Assembly: GCF_018977255.1 (NCBI RefSeq) | Contig: NW_024704742.1 | Coordinates: 6,388,001 to 6,452,000 of the forward strand | DNA: 64,000 nt | Direction of reading: 5' to 3' | Origin: Callorhinchus milii | Taxonomy: Eukaryota | Shown: positions 25,111 through 39,130 of the stretch, one piece after another | How positions within the stretch are numbered: position 1 is the first letter of the stretch | Layout of the letters: every line of letters begins with the position of its first letter | Position numbers and translations under genes: made by a program | The notes under the pieces: model-generated | Told to the model about the DNA's origin: nothing | What the model saw: only the letters and a program-made list of their open reading frames with translations | Database searches by the model: none

Positions 25111-26796
25111 TCCGTATTTTCATCTGCATTCATGAACAATACATGCCAATTCATAGAAAAGGGATCAGTTCAGCTCATAAATCTGTTCAGATCTTATCCA
25201 TAACTCCATACTTACCATAAAATCAATATTTTTACAAATGATCCCTTTGAACAAATATGTTGATGCCACAAAGGCAGATATTAAGATGAGAGAGAAAGAT
25301 ATGACGGAAGATTATAATTTTTTATATTTCTGAACGAGATTCTTTGATAAGGATTTCAAGCTGTGCAAAACGTGGAATCCAATTGTACAGAGAAAGGAAT
25401 TCCCTTCTGATGTAATCTGCTTTAGAAAGAGAGTTCTCAACACAATGATAGATTCTAGTTACCAAAATACAAATTGCAATCTATAGGTCTTTGAAAGGGA
25501 GATAGACGATAGGGAGTAAATAGACAGAGAGCAGAATCGAAAAGGATGCAAATGCTGAGAAACAGAGAGGTTGAGAAAAGGTGATTCATAATGTGACTGA
25601 GGAGGAAACAGAGAATTAGAGGGAGAAAAAAGCGGCAAAGAAAACAAAAGGGGCTCAGAGAGAATAGATAGAGCGAAAGAGTGACAGATGATGATATTAC
25701 AAAAAAGAGAAGGGTTGTAAAACACAAATAGAGAATATGCATAAATTAGTAGCAGGAGATATTTGACTGAAAGAAAACATCTGTTAGTAAAACTCCAAAT
25801 AACCTGGTAATCGGATAACTTGTTAATTTAGCAATATTCCCGAAACATCGGCTACTAATGGATCCCTGTAACAGCAGTGCACCCCTGTATGATCCTTGAC
25901 ACTGACTTTCCCAAATTAAAACCATCCGATTTAACAACCTTGGTGGAGTGTATGTACTCGCTTCATGTTTTCCTCATTTCATGTTGTTCTCGATGACATT
26001 AGCTTAAGGTCCGAGTACAGAACCTGACCATTTTAATGGTGAATACTGCAGTTCATTTACACTTTCTAATTCTGTAGGGAGACTCAAGAATTGACTGAAT
26101 ACTACACTAATATGAGCTCCTGTTTGATGGTACAAATGTAAACTAGGCACTTTTCATAAGAATGCTTGAAGATTTAAGGTGTAACTGACTGCAATTAATC
26201 TTTTGTTTTTTTTGAAAGCTATTGGTCTGATTATACGCTATGTCAAACTTACACATGAACTGCCTCGGCTGGTATCATTAACTTAATTTATAGCCGTCAT
26301 GTTTTTAATTTCGTTATTTTTGCATTGAATCACATTTTACAGGATAACACCTGTTTTCTATTAAAATAATTCTGACAATCTGTCATCGTGAAATGAAGGC
26401 TATTAGTAAACTAAGACTAAGAATTCGTGCAAGGATATCAAGTTTATTATCTCCACATGGGGCGGAATGATTTTTATTGCGTTGCTCTTCTCAGGCATTC
26501 TCTTCAATATCCTATGAAGAGCAGGTTTTAGTGAAGAGATAGTGCTCTTTCATGGCTGGGATCTGGTCTGAATCAAGGCTGGATAGATGCAATTAAATCG
26601 CTCTCTTTTTCACTCATTCTCTCATGCTCATTGATAACAGAGCAGAAACATATTAACCTTGAGATAACACACGTATTTGGATATGCTTACAACAGTTCAA
26701 TATGTTCGAAATATGAGCTCATCAGACATTACAATTCTTTAAAGCCCTTTGCTTTAAACATTCACATTTGCCATAATATTTTTTTCATTGCTAGCA

Positions 26797-27075
26797 GCCT
26801 GGTTTAGTTGGTAATGTTCTTGTTTCTAAGTCAGAAGATTGTGGGTTCAAGCCCCAAATCAGGACTTTGAACTCATGTAGTCTTGGCTGATTCCAATGCC
26901 GTGCCGGGTATTGTATTGTTAGAAGTGCCATTGGATGAGACGTTAAAACCACAGTCCCACCTTTGTGGGCATTCTAGATTCCATGGCACTATTTGAAAAG
27001 AGAAGGGAATTTCCTGGTGTCCTAACCAACAATCCCTCAGATACAATTGGTCATTTATTTCATGGCTAATTGTGC
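26797..27075 (+). mobile_element. Older Deu-SINE fragment
   Basis: Head and 5' part of core as at 22555 and 57426. Confidence 0.75.
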
Positions 27076-28676
27076 CCAAACCTGTTGCAGATTGATACTG
27101 ATACAGATTCTTCAAGTAAGGTAATGTGAATTCATTCGTTACCAAGCAATCCATAAGGCAAGGCTATTTGTCCATTCATAGCAATATTCACAGCACAGTT
27201 GAGCACTTAAATAAATTCATGGATCAAAGACAAAAGATATTCAAGGATGCCTCTTTGATCTGACTTTTGCTATCACAGGTAGAGTAACGGGATTGAGTCC
27301 AACAGTTTGTACATCTGGATCATTCAACACACAGATCTTTGATAGCCTTCCTGGTCTATGTGAACCTTCTCACATACTGTTTTCAAAGAGGCCAAGTGAT
27401 TCATCATTAGCTCCGAAATATTTATACCTAAGTTTTTACCTGGGCAGAATGCAGCGGGTGATAATATCACCCATGACGATATGACCCTTTAAGAAATTAA
27501 GAAGGAGCTGCTGTAAAGAAAGCCATTGTGCTCACCTGCCTCTCAATATCATTGAAAATACCTTTAAGATCCTCACTAATCATTGGGGTTATTTTACGCT
27601 AGCCTGTAATGCATAGCAATACATTTATCATATAGTTCGTTAATGTAAAATCAAATCCAAAGATTTAACAAAAAACATTGCTGTTATTAATGATTAGTAT
27701 AATTCACCTCTCTCCTTCCTGAGCATCAAGCTCATTACTGTTTGCCCACAAAACACTCAGTCACTGTACTTTACAATATATGCTGTGAAGTCCTTTGAGA
27801 CATCCTCCCGACATGAAAGGCAATACCAAATGCAAGGATTATTAATATTATGCGCTATTCAAGGAACTTGCCCATTTCCTTTTGATTTTTGCAATCAAAT
27901 CCCACATTAAGGTACCAGTCCATTCCATAAGATAACAGTTCTTAAGGGTGAATGAATTGCTTTCACTTCTGTTTAGTTTGTTTTTGTAAGACCCAGATCT
28001 TGTCGGGTTCAACAGAAATAACTTTCAAATCCCTTCACAGCCTCACCCCGATCCAGCTCTGTGACTTCCTGCCGCGCTCTCCTCTCAGTGAACATGTCCC
28101 CTGCCTAATCCATCTCACCATCTGTGGGTGAGCTTTCAGCCATGCTGCTCGCATAGATTTTATAGGAGGTACAGCACAGAAGCGGGCCCTTCAGCTCATC
28201 CACTATCAGCTGATGCTTATACTCCACACAAGTGCCCATCCTGGGTCCTATCCCTAGTCCTGGTCTTTTCCCCATATTCCTCAATGTTATTCTCTCTTAA
28301 TCATTTTTAAATGCGCACATAGTTGACACCCCAACAACTGACGAGCAGAGAATTCTACGCTCCCATGTGAAGCTGGTTGAAATGTTCCTGTTGTTACAGA
28401 TGCTGTATCAAATGTAAGAATTATTATTATTACCTATCCTTCTGCTATATTTGAATAATCTCTCTCTGTTGTGTACGTCCTGCTTTCCCTGCTTAGGATG
28501 ATCTACAAATTTAAACGTTGTTGTCAAGGTGGCGATACACTTGAAATGTATCACACTGAATATAGCCGAACACTTCCCCCTTACCTCACAGCATTGCCCG
28601 TCTTTGATCTGTTCTCCCCCTTGTTTCTGATTGCAGGGCCCTCAGTCCATTCATCTGACATGTTTGATGCCTTTGA

Positions 28677-28884
28677 TAATAATAAAGTAATAATAATAAT
28701 CCTTGCATTTGATACAGTGCTTTATCACATCTTCGAGACATCTCAAAGCGCTTCACACAATATACTGTAAAGTGAATTGACTATATTTTGTGGACTTAAC
28801 GCAACAGCCAATTGTGCACAGCAGCGTCCCACAAACAGTTGTGGATTGAGTGACTAAATTATTATTATTTTAAATTATTATTGC
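28677..28884 (-). mobile_element. Long-variant SINE, 3' half (5' half at 30129-30322)
   Basis: Tail and Deu core ending at the AT-rich spacer where an L2 begins. Confidence 0.85.
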
Positions 28885-30128
28885 GACATCCTCTCTATCT
28901 GTGACCAGGGCTCCCTCTGCCTCCTTGTCCTCCTGGACCTCTCTGCCGCGTTCGACACAGTCGATCACTCCATCCTCCTCCACCGCCTTTCCTCCATCAT
29001 CTACCTCAGTGGGACCGCACTCGCCTGGTTCGAGTCCTACCTCACAAATCGCCAGCAGTACATCTGCGCAAACGGCTTCTCACCCGGTTACCTGCGGGGT
29101 ACCCCAAGGATCCATCCTTGGCCCCCTCCTCTTTCTGATCCACATGCTCCCTCTTGGGGATGTCATCCGCAGACATGGGGTACACTTCCATGTGTATGTG
29201 GACGACACCCAACTCTATTTTTTCACCTCTCTTTGCGATCCCCAGTCCCCTGATGTTCTGTCAGCTGCCTGTCATACCTCAGGGGCTGGATAAGCGCAAA
29301 TTTCCTTCAGCTGATTGTTGACAAGACGGAAGCCATACTCTTTGGCTCATCTCAACATCTAAAATCTCAGTTCTCACCTCCTTCACCTACCCGACTTCTC
29401 ACTAAAACTTTCCAAACCGGTACGCAACCTGGGCATCAGGTACGACCCCCAATTATCCTTCCTCCCCCACATCCGGTCTCTCACCAGCACCGCTTTCTTC
29501 CACCTCCAACGCATCGCCCGTCTCCGCCAATACCTCTCTCCGAAAGCCGCTGAAACCCTGGTCCATGCCTTTGTCACCTCTTGGCTGGACTACTAATGCC
29601 CTCCTCACCAGTCTCTCCTTCACTACCATGCACAAAATCCAGATTATGCAAAACTCTGCCGCCCACATTCTCACCCGCACCAAACTCCGCTCCCCGAACA
29701 CCCCAGTCCTTGCCAGACTGCACTGGCTGCCTGTCCCAGAGAGGATCGACTTCAAGATTCTCACCCTTGTCTTCAAATCCTTCCACTCCTCTTCACCCCC
29801 GACCTCTCTGACCTCCTCTCTCCTCAAAACTGTGCTCGTTGCCTTCGATCCTCCGGGTCTGGCCTCCTCCTCGTCCCCTGAGTCCTCCGCTCCACCCTCA
29901 GCGGCCGTGCCTTCAGCCACTATACCCCGCGGCTCTGGAACTCCCTTCCTCACTCCCTTCGCCTCGCCCCCTCTCTTCCTATTTTCAGGTCTCGGCTGAA
30001 GACCTTTCTTTTCGATCGCACCTTTGATCACCTTCCTCCCCCTCCCCCTGGCTCGGCCCCGGGATCCTTTACTGTAAAGCGCTCTGAGACGCCATCAGAC
30101 GCTATGTAAATCCAAGTTGTTGTTGTTG
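28885..30128 (+). mobile_element. 5'-truncated L2 LINE, RT C-terminal half with intact 3' end and (GTT)n tail
   Basis: [68 protein letters not shown]; several frameshifts. Confidence 0.96.
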
Positions 30129-30322
30129 TATTTTTTCCAAAGGTATTATTATCCCCCGAAAAGCGATCTGCCAATCAACTAACAAACAGTTTCTTACTTA
30201 CTGTTAGGTAAACAGAGGCATGTGGAGTAAGGAAACTGGCCCAAGGTTTCACCCTGCTGGGAATTGAACCCAGGTCTCTCACTTGCAAGGCGAGTGCTCC
30301 AACCATTGAGCTGCAGGACTCC
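30129..30322 (-). mobile_element. Long-variant SINE, 5' half
   Basis: Reverse complement of tRNA head plus long-variant block. Confidence 0.88.
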
Positions 30323-32059
30323 GAGCTACATTGAGCTACATAAATCCTGTGAAGCCCTTTTTGAGACGTCCTCCCGACATGCAAGGCATTAAATTGAAGG
30401 CAAGGATTGTTATTTTATCTGAATGTGCAGGCAGTGAGCACCTGTTGCTTTTTGATTCATGCCTAAGAGAGACATTATGAAATACTTTGGGAAAAATAAA
30501 ATATATAATACTGAGTCCATCACCTTACACCCATCTATTAAATCTTACATCGAAAGAATTCCCATAAACCTGTTTGCCGCAACCTGCATTTCATAAACCT
30601 GTATTGCCTTAGATTTATTGTCTTCACAGTAAGCAGATTCTTTCCACTTCAGATCTGCAGCTAACATTCTTTTAATTCCTCGGATCATGTTTTCCGATTT
30701 TTTTTAAACAAAAGGATTGTGCATCTCCCTCTGATATTGCCCCAGCGGCCAATTTTCCTCACAGCATTTTTATAAGTGTCCCCTTGCCTTACGCCCTCAT
30801 TTCATTCACGAATGCATTTGATCCTGGTGCGTTATAAAGCTGTAGATGCTTCAGTTTCTCAATGATCCTTCCATTGATAATCATTGGTCTCTCACAAGAC
30901 TGAGATGTGTGGTCTAACATTTAAATTATGCACTTGACAAATCTACTGATGTCATCTACAGTGAAAACCAATACAACAACAATTACAACTTGCATTTATA
31001 AAGAACCCTTCACGCTGGATAACGTCTCAAATGTGTTTGTTCAATACTGACGAAAGAAACAAAAGCTCCCAATGGAGCAGCCGTGTCATTGACTGACGGC
31101 ATTGTATTTATCAATGATATGCTAATTATCACCTGAAAAAATGAAGCGATCACACATTGGACTTTTCTCCCCACTAGCAGATGTGCCATGGACTCGTACA
31201 ACAGTAACGACTTGCATTTATATAGCACCCTTCATGTAGGGTAGTGTTTCAGAGCATTTATTTATTTAGCTAATTAATTATCAAATGCAAGGATTATTAT
31301 TATTATATTATTAGGACTGGTATAAACCTGCTGATCGGAATCTTCAACAGGAGAATTGTCTGGGCTTGAAGCAGGTCTTATTTGAGCACGTCAACACTTT
31401 TGAATACTTAATAAATTCATTTGACGTTCTTTCAGGCACAGCAATTAAATAGTTTGATGAGAATGTTGCTTTGGGAAGGAACGGTACATTAGTGAACCAT
31501 GCACCCATTTCACACTGTGCGTACTACAAAAACAACAACTATTTTGCACTTATACAGTACCCCTCACTCCGGTCAGTGTCCCAGAGCACTTACTAAAATA
31601 TAAATATATATATATAAAATGACTATATCAAATAACCGCTTGAGGTATCTATAGCAATGGGAAGCCACTTCCATATCATCCAGGGCCTTGGGACGTTCTC
31701 CCGACGAGAAAGGCACTATACAAATGTAATTCTGTATTGTATTGAAATATATATTTTTATAAAAGACTGGAATGTTGGCCATAAACATTGAGTTAGTTGG
31801 ATTATGTTAACCCATTTTACTGTCATTTTGTGCTTCCACACACAGTCAAAAGCAAATTCAGCTGACACCAAATAATAGCTAGTTGTTACGAAAAAATGGT
31901 TTCTTCTCAATGAGTTAACTAAGGGAGGAGGTTAATTATTGAACGGGACTTTCTGTACTTAACCTGTAATTTCATAGTCAAGCCCATTAATTGAAACCAG
32001 AGTGTGGACAAAAGAAAATGCCATAATTTGTCTCTTCCAATATCAAGCCCTCCTTGTTG

Positions 32060-32527
32060 GACTCCACAACTGCACAAGTTTCAGACTAAGCAGATTTTTG
32101 CAGCCTGTGTCCTCTCCTACATCAAGTTCCCTGAGACCATCACCGCCATCCTCATCAGCTCCACTGACTTCCCATCTGCCAGCAGATCAAGTTCAACATT
32201 CTCGTCCTTACCTTTGTAGGCATCCATGGCCTCAGCTCTCCTACCTCTGTGACCTCCTGTGATACTGCTGCCTTGGTCACTTCCTCCATTCACACTACAC
32301 TACACCCCCTCTCTCGCTCATTCAAAATCCGAATGGAGTCCGCTCTCTTCAACTTGGCACTTTTGGCCACTTTCTGCTGCAGACCCCCCCACCCCCACAC
32401 CCCCTTAACTTGGGGTTCCAGCCAATTGTGCGAAGCACTAGAAGCCATTCTCCCAATGTGACAGGCAGTTCCGAGATGCTACCCTATGTGAAGGGTGTGA
32501 CATGAATGCAAGTTGCTGCTGTTGTTG
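32060..32527 (+). mobile_element. Degraded L2 3' fragment
   Basis: Similarity to 29620-30128; tail ATGCAAGTTGCTGCTGTTGTTG. Confidence 0.65.
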
Positions 32528-33517
32528 CACCAAGAATGATTATTGCCGTTTGAGAGTTAACCGGGAACTCAGCAAGTTGATTCTCATATCTCCTCCATTT
32601 CCTTCCTCCAATTTATTGTATGTAATGCATTATTCATCTCAGTGTTAGTTTGTTTGCACACACAATCCTCCACAATAAAGAATCTGCAAAGAACAAAGCC
32701 ATTGTTGAATCTTGCTGTATTTCCTGATCACTTCCGCCAAAATCTGAAGATGAATCACATATATCGGGAGAAATGTGAATACTATGGAAAGCTGCAACAA
32801 CAATGCCCACCTCCCAGGTCAATGCTTGGGGTAGGTTAGCATTGAGAAGACCACAAATTCCATTTAATACAATAGAATCAAAGGAAACAAGTCTGTTTGT
32901 GTACCTTATTTAACCTCGAACAATTGGCTCCTTAACCCTACTTGTAATTGATTGTTTGTAGATGTTTGTGTATGAGCGCACAATAGTCTCAGAAACAATC
33001 TCAACAGTGCGTGCCTGACAAATCTTTTGTGAGACGGATCTGTAGTTGGTGTCCAATTTTCTCTTCTCAAGTAGAAGATCTGATTGACTTAGAAGAAGTC
33101 AATTTGGTTCTTGTCGTTTTCATATTGGGGTGGGTGTTAATGTTGGATTATCTCCTGACTCTGACCCTGTGCAGAATGACTGACCAATGTATTTTCTGAC
33201 CTTTTAACTGAAATTTAGACTGAGAACAATGGTTCATATTCATTGCCAGTGCGCTGTTAAAGCACTGTGGCTTGGCAGCAAGTGTTAGTCATATTTGAAC
33301 CACATGTATATATTGGAAAAAATCAAAAGATGGCAATCTGGCATATTATTCCTTCAGCTTCAGGAGTCTTGGTTTTGGGGCCAGATATGGAAATAATTAA
33401 AAGCAGGGTTGTGAGATTTATAGAAACATGATGAGGAAAATGATCAGAAAATGTGTGCAAATATAATGTACTAACAGTGTCGAACAGTGCTGTTTATTAT
33501 CACCCGAAGTTCTTTAG

Positions 33518-33653
33518 TGTGCAGTGCGTGTGTATGCATATGCGTGCGTATGTGTTTGTGCATATGCGTCTATGTGCATATGCGTGTGTGTACGGGTGCG
33601 TGTGTGTGTGTGTGTATGTGCATATGCACATGTGTGTGTGTGTGCCTGTGCGC
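33518..33653. repeat. Alternating purine-pyrimidine (TG/CATATG) microsatellite
   Basis: Direct reading. Confidence 0.85.
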
Positions 33654-35399
33654 TTGCTTTTTAATGAGTCGGACTTTTTCAAATACATTTTCCAAAAACC
33701 GAAATGACGGAAAGAATTTGCTTTGGACATTGTAGATGCAGCTTTTACATGTACATACAGGGTTATGTGGTGCTTGACGGCAAAATGGTGTGGACCCCAA
33801 CATCCAATAGCTTGGGTACTGGTGCTCATCAATTGCAACTTTACATCACTAGCTATTTTGGGAACGTTTAAAGTGCTGTGAGTTCTGCCCTAATTATAGT
33901 TCCGAATGCTTTCAATGACGTACCATGCCATTACTCACAAGTAACCAATGTGAAATGCACAGCAATTACCTTTAAGTGTGGTTCCCTATAAAAAGGTACA
34001 ACTTATAACTTACATCTTCTTTGTTAGGATCTCGATTTATGTGATAAGAGTTCTGTTTCCATTTCACTCAGCTAAAAGGACTGAATTAAACAAGTGTGTA
34101 AACGGATAAGTATCAAATCGACGGTATTAAAAATTTTCTTGTTTGGCAACCACAGCTGGCGATTGTGTCAGCAGCGAGGATTGAAAAATACATTGTTAAT
34201 ATTTTAGTCGTTCATGGAGCATTTAATCACAGACGTCATAAAAACCAACGACTTTCCATTCCTGTATTGAAGTGGTCCAAAAGAGCTAGAAGGGAGTCTT
34301 ATTGACAGATAATATAGAAGAGATGAGGACCAACCTGTGACTTCATATCAAAAGAATTAAACATCTCAGGAGCAGCCAAAACTCATCAACTACTAATTAT
34401 AAGCAAAAACTAATTTGCTTATAATATAAGCAACATCTCAAAATTGCACTCCTACTGCACTAGCGTGATATTTCTCTTTACAATAGAATCATCCTTACAG
34501 CCTCTCTGAGTGCTCGCCCAGTTAGTCCCATTTTATCACAAGTTTCACAGACTTTGGGCTACAAGTAATAGATCCAGGGCACCCAAACTAATTTTGTGTA
34601 GGATGCTGAAGCCAACAGGGAGAGAAACAGAACGCGAAGATGAAAGAATCATGTGCTAACCCACTCTGCTAACCAATATTTCTAACGTTGAGTTTCTTTT
34701 CTACCTGCTTCAGGATTCTTCTCTTTCCATGAGTTGTTTCACCAGTCAGCAACCTGCTTTCTATCCCAATGTCATGTTGATTCTTTCAGTCAGCGGAACA
34801 TTATAGAGGTGATTGACCCAGAAGTCTGACATCCCTTTCTTTTGGACAGTGACTGTCTAGCTTTCATATTATAGACAGATTTCATTTGTGCGAAGCTCCA
34901 TCAAACGGCTTCAAAACAATGTCTTTAGCTCCTGTGGTAAAACAATTGAGGCCAATAAGAAAATGGACTACCACTAACATATGTTAAACATAATGTAAAA
35001 ATGTTGTCATTTTTTCTCTTAATTTTGTTACGTTTTATGACTACAGTATTTTTTTAACCCACGTGCCTACACTCAAGTCTGAATGCAACATAGTCAAAAC
35101 AGTAACCTAGAACTTTCTATATTTTTTCCCAAATTGAGGGGGTTTTGTACCCATAAAGATTACTGAGGGAAACAATGACAAATGAGTTCCACAAACCACT
35201 ATTCATGCTAATAATTCATATGGAGACCAAGGAGGAAGATAATCAATAATCTTAGAATATATGGGATGTATTGCCCATGGAATGCAAAATTGTGACATTT
35301 CACAACAATAATTATCACAATTCATCCTTTCTGAAATTTAATTTTTTCCCCTATGAGTATGACCTGATATGGTATTCACCTGGCACTTACAATTATTAA

Positions 35400-35812
35400 A
35401 CCTTGCAATTGATTAACTGCCTTATGTCATCGGAAATCTCATCAACGACAAATTACACTTGCAATCAAAGTGCTTCACAAGATTGATAGATGATAGTGAC
35501 TGTATATTGCTGGCAAACTCTGGTATGGCAATTTGTGCGCAGCAATATTCCACAACATGGGTAAGTTGTTGGCCAAGATCCTGAGAGAAACTTCCTTCCC
35601 TTTCTCAATAGTTCTATGGGATCTATAATATCCACCTGAATAGGCAAACAGGACATCACCGTAACATTACATCTGAAGGACAGCACCTCTGTCAACACAG
35701 CACACCTCCAACACTGGATTGAAGTACCAACCCACACTGATTTCAGAATCTCGACCCCTAGGACTTGTACCAAACCTTATGACTCAGAGGCAAGAGTGAG
35801 CCAGGCTGACGC
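35400..35812 (-). mobile_element. Older Deu-SINE
   Basis: Reverse complement of head, core and tail. Confidence 0.75.
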
Positions 35813-36492
35813 CTATTTGACTTAATAATACAGATGTTTCAGTAAATAATGTTTAGTGCAGCTGTTGTTCTGCACCCTGGCATGCTGCCCGGTGTGGAGA
35901 GCGCTATATAAATAAAAGTTGTTGCTGCTGTTGTGCACTGTGTGCCACTGTTCTAGATATTTTGCTTAGCAAACTCAGTTTCCTTCAATGTCATATTGAT
36001 TCCTGATTCTTATCTGGTGGGGAGGGGGGGTGATAGAGGGATTTGTAGATTATAGGTTTCTTCTTCCACTTTTCGCTAAGCATTTGTGGTTCTCTCAAGT
36101 CGGGGCTCATTCGGGTTTGATTCTGTAAATATTTCTTTATATATCTGTTTAGTCATTATAATTCAGTCAACATGTTTCTGATATTAGGAACAAAGTGCCC
36201 ATAATGAGGTCCAAAATATGATGGTCATGATAGAAACTCTTCACGAATCGAGACTTCTGCTAGTAATTGGAAATAGGTCACACTTAACTCTTCTTTTACA
36301 CAAGACACTTCTGGAATGCTGTTCTCACAGGTTGGTATCTCGCACTTCGCAGCTTCCTGATACAAATACCACATTGTCACTCCCGATACAGATACAATTC
36401 AAGAAACATTTTAACATACCGTACTTATAAAATATTTCAACAGTATTCAACTGGAAATACCTTGAACCTTTTTTGAACTCTCTTTGAATGTT

Positions 36493-36810
36493 TGGCTCAG
36501 TTGGAAGCCCCATTTTGGGATTTCGAGACTAGATGTTAAACAGTGTCTGTTCAGGTAGATGTTAAAGATCCATGGCACTATTTGAAAAAAAATCAGAGAA
36601 GGGAGATTTTACCAGTATCCTGGCCAACAATCCTCCAAATAAAATTGCTCATTCACTTCAGTGCTTGTTTATATGACATTACTGGATGCAAATTGGCTGC
36701 TTCGTTCATCTACAAAATACATTCACCATTCACAACACTGTACAATAAATCCTGTGAATGATTTCAAGACATCTTCCTGATGTGATGGCACTATATCAAG
36801 TGCGAGGATT
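36493..36810 (+). mobile_element. Older Deu-SINE with internal deletion
   Basis: TGTCTGTTCAGGTAGATGTTAAAGATCCATGGCACTATTTG core. Confidence 0.75.
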
Positions 36811-38724
36811 GAAGGGAAAATAAAAGTTGTGATTGTGTACTTGGACCACGATGGGGAAAAGGAAGTTACAGGTCATTTGATAAAATAATAATCAGCAAAA
36901 CACAGAAAAAACTTTGAACGGTATCTTCACTTCAAAACCTGTAATAAAGCAATGAATGAACCCAAGGAGTCACAGCTGGTGGCAAAGAAATATAACAGGA
37001 GTTGAATCTGTGAAATAAAAATGGCAATTCGACATTGTCTGGAATTGATATAATAGACAGATCTTGTTTGTGGAAAGTTCTGTTGAGCAGTTTCAAACCA
37101 AATGGTTTGAGTATGCGGTGAATGATTCAGGCCAACATAAGAAAATAGACGATGACAAACATGTTTTGCACAAAATGTCAAAATGTTTTAATATCCAGTG
37201 CCCTTTACTCTGGCGATTTTTTTAAAATGACGTTTCTACACATGCAGAACACATTTATTTTAAAAAAAGTTGGCAAATCAACGTTTATGTTTGTACACAA
37301 CATGTCCTGCATTAACCTAGAGTCCTGCTTAAACTGCTGTGAACTTCCTCTATCCCTCCACCTTGCGCCTTTCTTCGCCGTCTTCAGGTCAAGCCCGAAG
37401 ACCTCCCTCTTCGACTGTGCCTATGGTCACCTCTTGCCCCTCGCCCCACCCCTGGCTCGGTGTTCATACTCCACCACTGTTAATTGCTCTGGGACTCTAC
37501 CCTGCGTAAGGAGCGCTATATAAATGCAAGTTGTTGTTGTTGTGATGCCAGATTCTGGGGGGGGGGAGGAAAGAGAGGAAAGTCTGACTCTATGTGACAG
37601 CTCTTCATTTAATGGTTAAAATTCCTCCCGTCTTTAAAATTATTTTTGCCAAATATCCGAATTTAGCATACTTTGGCAAAGATTGGAGTTATCCCAAAAA
37701 GAGTCAGGATTTAGCTAAGTTTGGGTGAGGAATTAATTTTCTTCTTCCTTGATCTTTCATTGTCCCACCCTTGCCTCATAAATCACGATGAACGAGTTCA
37801 ACATTCGTATCACTGATGGCGGAGTAGGACATGGTTCAAAATGTTATGTATCTTGTTTAAAAAAAAACTTGCTTCAAGATGTCTTTGAAATAAATAAAAT
37901 GATTGAGTATCGGGCGGGGGGGAACGGGGGGCGGGGGGGAAACGGGGGAGGGGTTTCTCAGGAAGCTTATGTTGTTACACAGCTCGTGTTCCCAATCATT
38001 ATGCCTCTTACCTCCAGCTTTCCATCACACACAGTTGTAGGAATCAAAACAGTTTGTTAACATTATCATACAGCTCTTTAATAGACAGTTTATGTATTGT
38101 ATGATACAAAAAAGTATCTTAACACATTACAGATGCACATTCTCGAGCAGACCTCTCACACGTGACAATTGTATGGATGGGGCCTCTCTACATTCTGTTA
38201 GGTTTTCCAAAGTGAACAAATCCAAGGTTACGTTTATACACTATATTACACTTCTCAAGCTATCGATTTTGATTCAATCCCACCCACTCACCCACCCACC
38301 CACCCACCCACCAACCCAGCAGGGATTTTACAAGCTGCAGAAGAATCAGAAAGGTCCAAGTATCAGACATCATTGGAATGAAGTTCAAGTGTCTTTATGA
38401 ATCCCACATGATTCTTTTTCTCCAAATGGCAGTCACCATCAGATGCTCTAAGACTGGAAACAGAACCTCAATGGCCTGCCTATCTAAACAGCAAACAGTA
38501 GTCTCAATTCTCACCACAGTTAACGTGTATTTGCATGAGGCAAATCTAAACAGACCAAAATACTCGTGTAGTAATCTTCACACAATGGCAGATGTAAATA
38601 GCCCAAGTGAATGGTAACGTACTTCAACTAATTAAGTTTTTAAAGACAAACAGAAATTGTTTAAATTTTTTTAAATTACCATAATCCTCCGCATCTGGTT
38701 TCCCCAGTCTTCTTACGTTCCATG

Positions 38725-39088
38725 GGGACTCCTGTAGCTCAATGGTTAGAGCACCCGCCTCGCAAGCGAGAGACCCGGGTTTGATTCCTGACAGGGCAAA
38801 ATGTTGGGCAAGTTTCCGTACTCCACACCCCTCTGTTTACCTATCAGTAAGTAGGAACCCGGTTGTTAGTCGATTGGCGGATCACTTTTCCGGGGGTAAT
38901 AATTCCTTCAAAAAATAAAAGAATAAATTGGTCACTTCAATCAACGACTGTCTGTGGGACGTTGCTGTGTGCAATTGGCTGCCGTGTTTTGCCCACAAAA
39001 TATAATCAATTCACTTTACAGTATATTCTGTGAAGTGCGTTGAGACGTCTCGAAGATGCGATAAGACGTTATGTCAAATGCAAGGATA

Positions 39089-39127
<39 letters not shown>
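38725..39127 (+). mobile_element. Full-length young SINE, long variant
   Basis: Head, long block, Deu core, long (TTA)n tail. Confidence 0.93.

Positions 39128-39129
<2 letters not shown>

Positions 39130-39130
<1 letters not shown>

Noticed and set aside
32634..33199. Exon-like minus-strand segments
   Set aside because: Stops in most or all frames, no clear donor, no recognised protein
34396..34425. 12-bp perfect hairpin ATTATAAGCAAA/TTTGCTTATAAT
   Set aside because: Short and AT-rich; too little evidence for function
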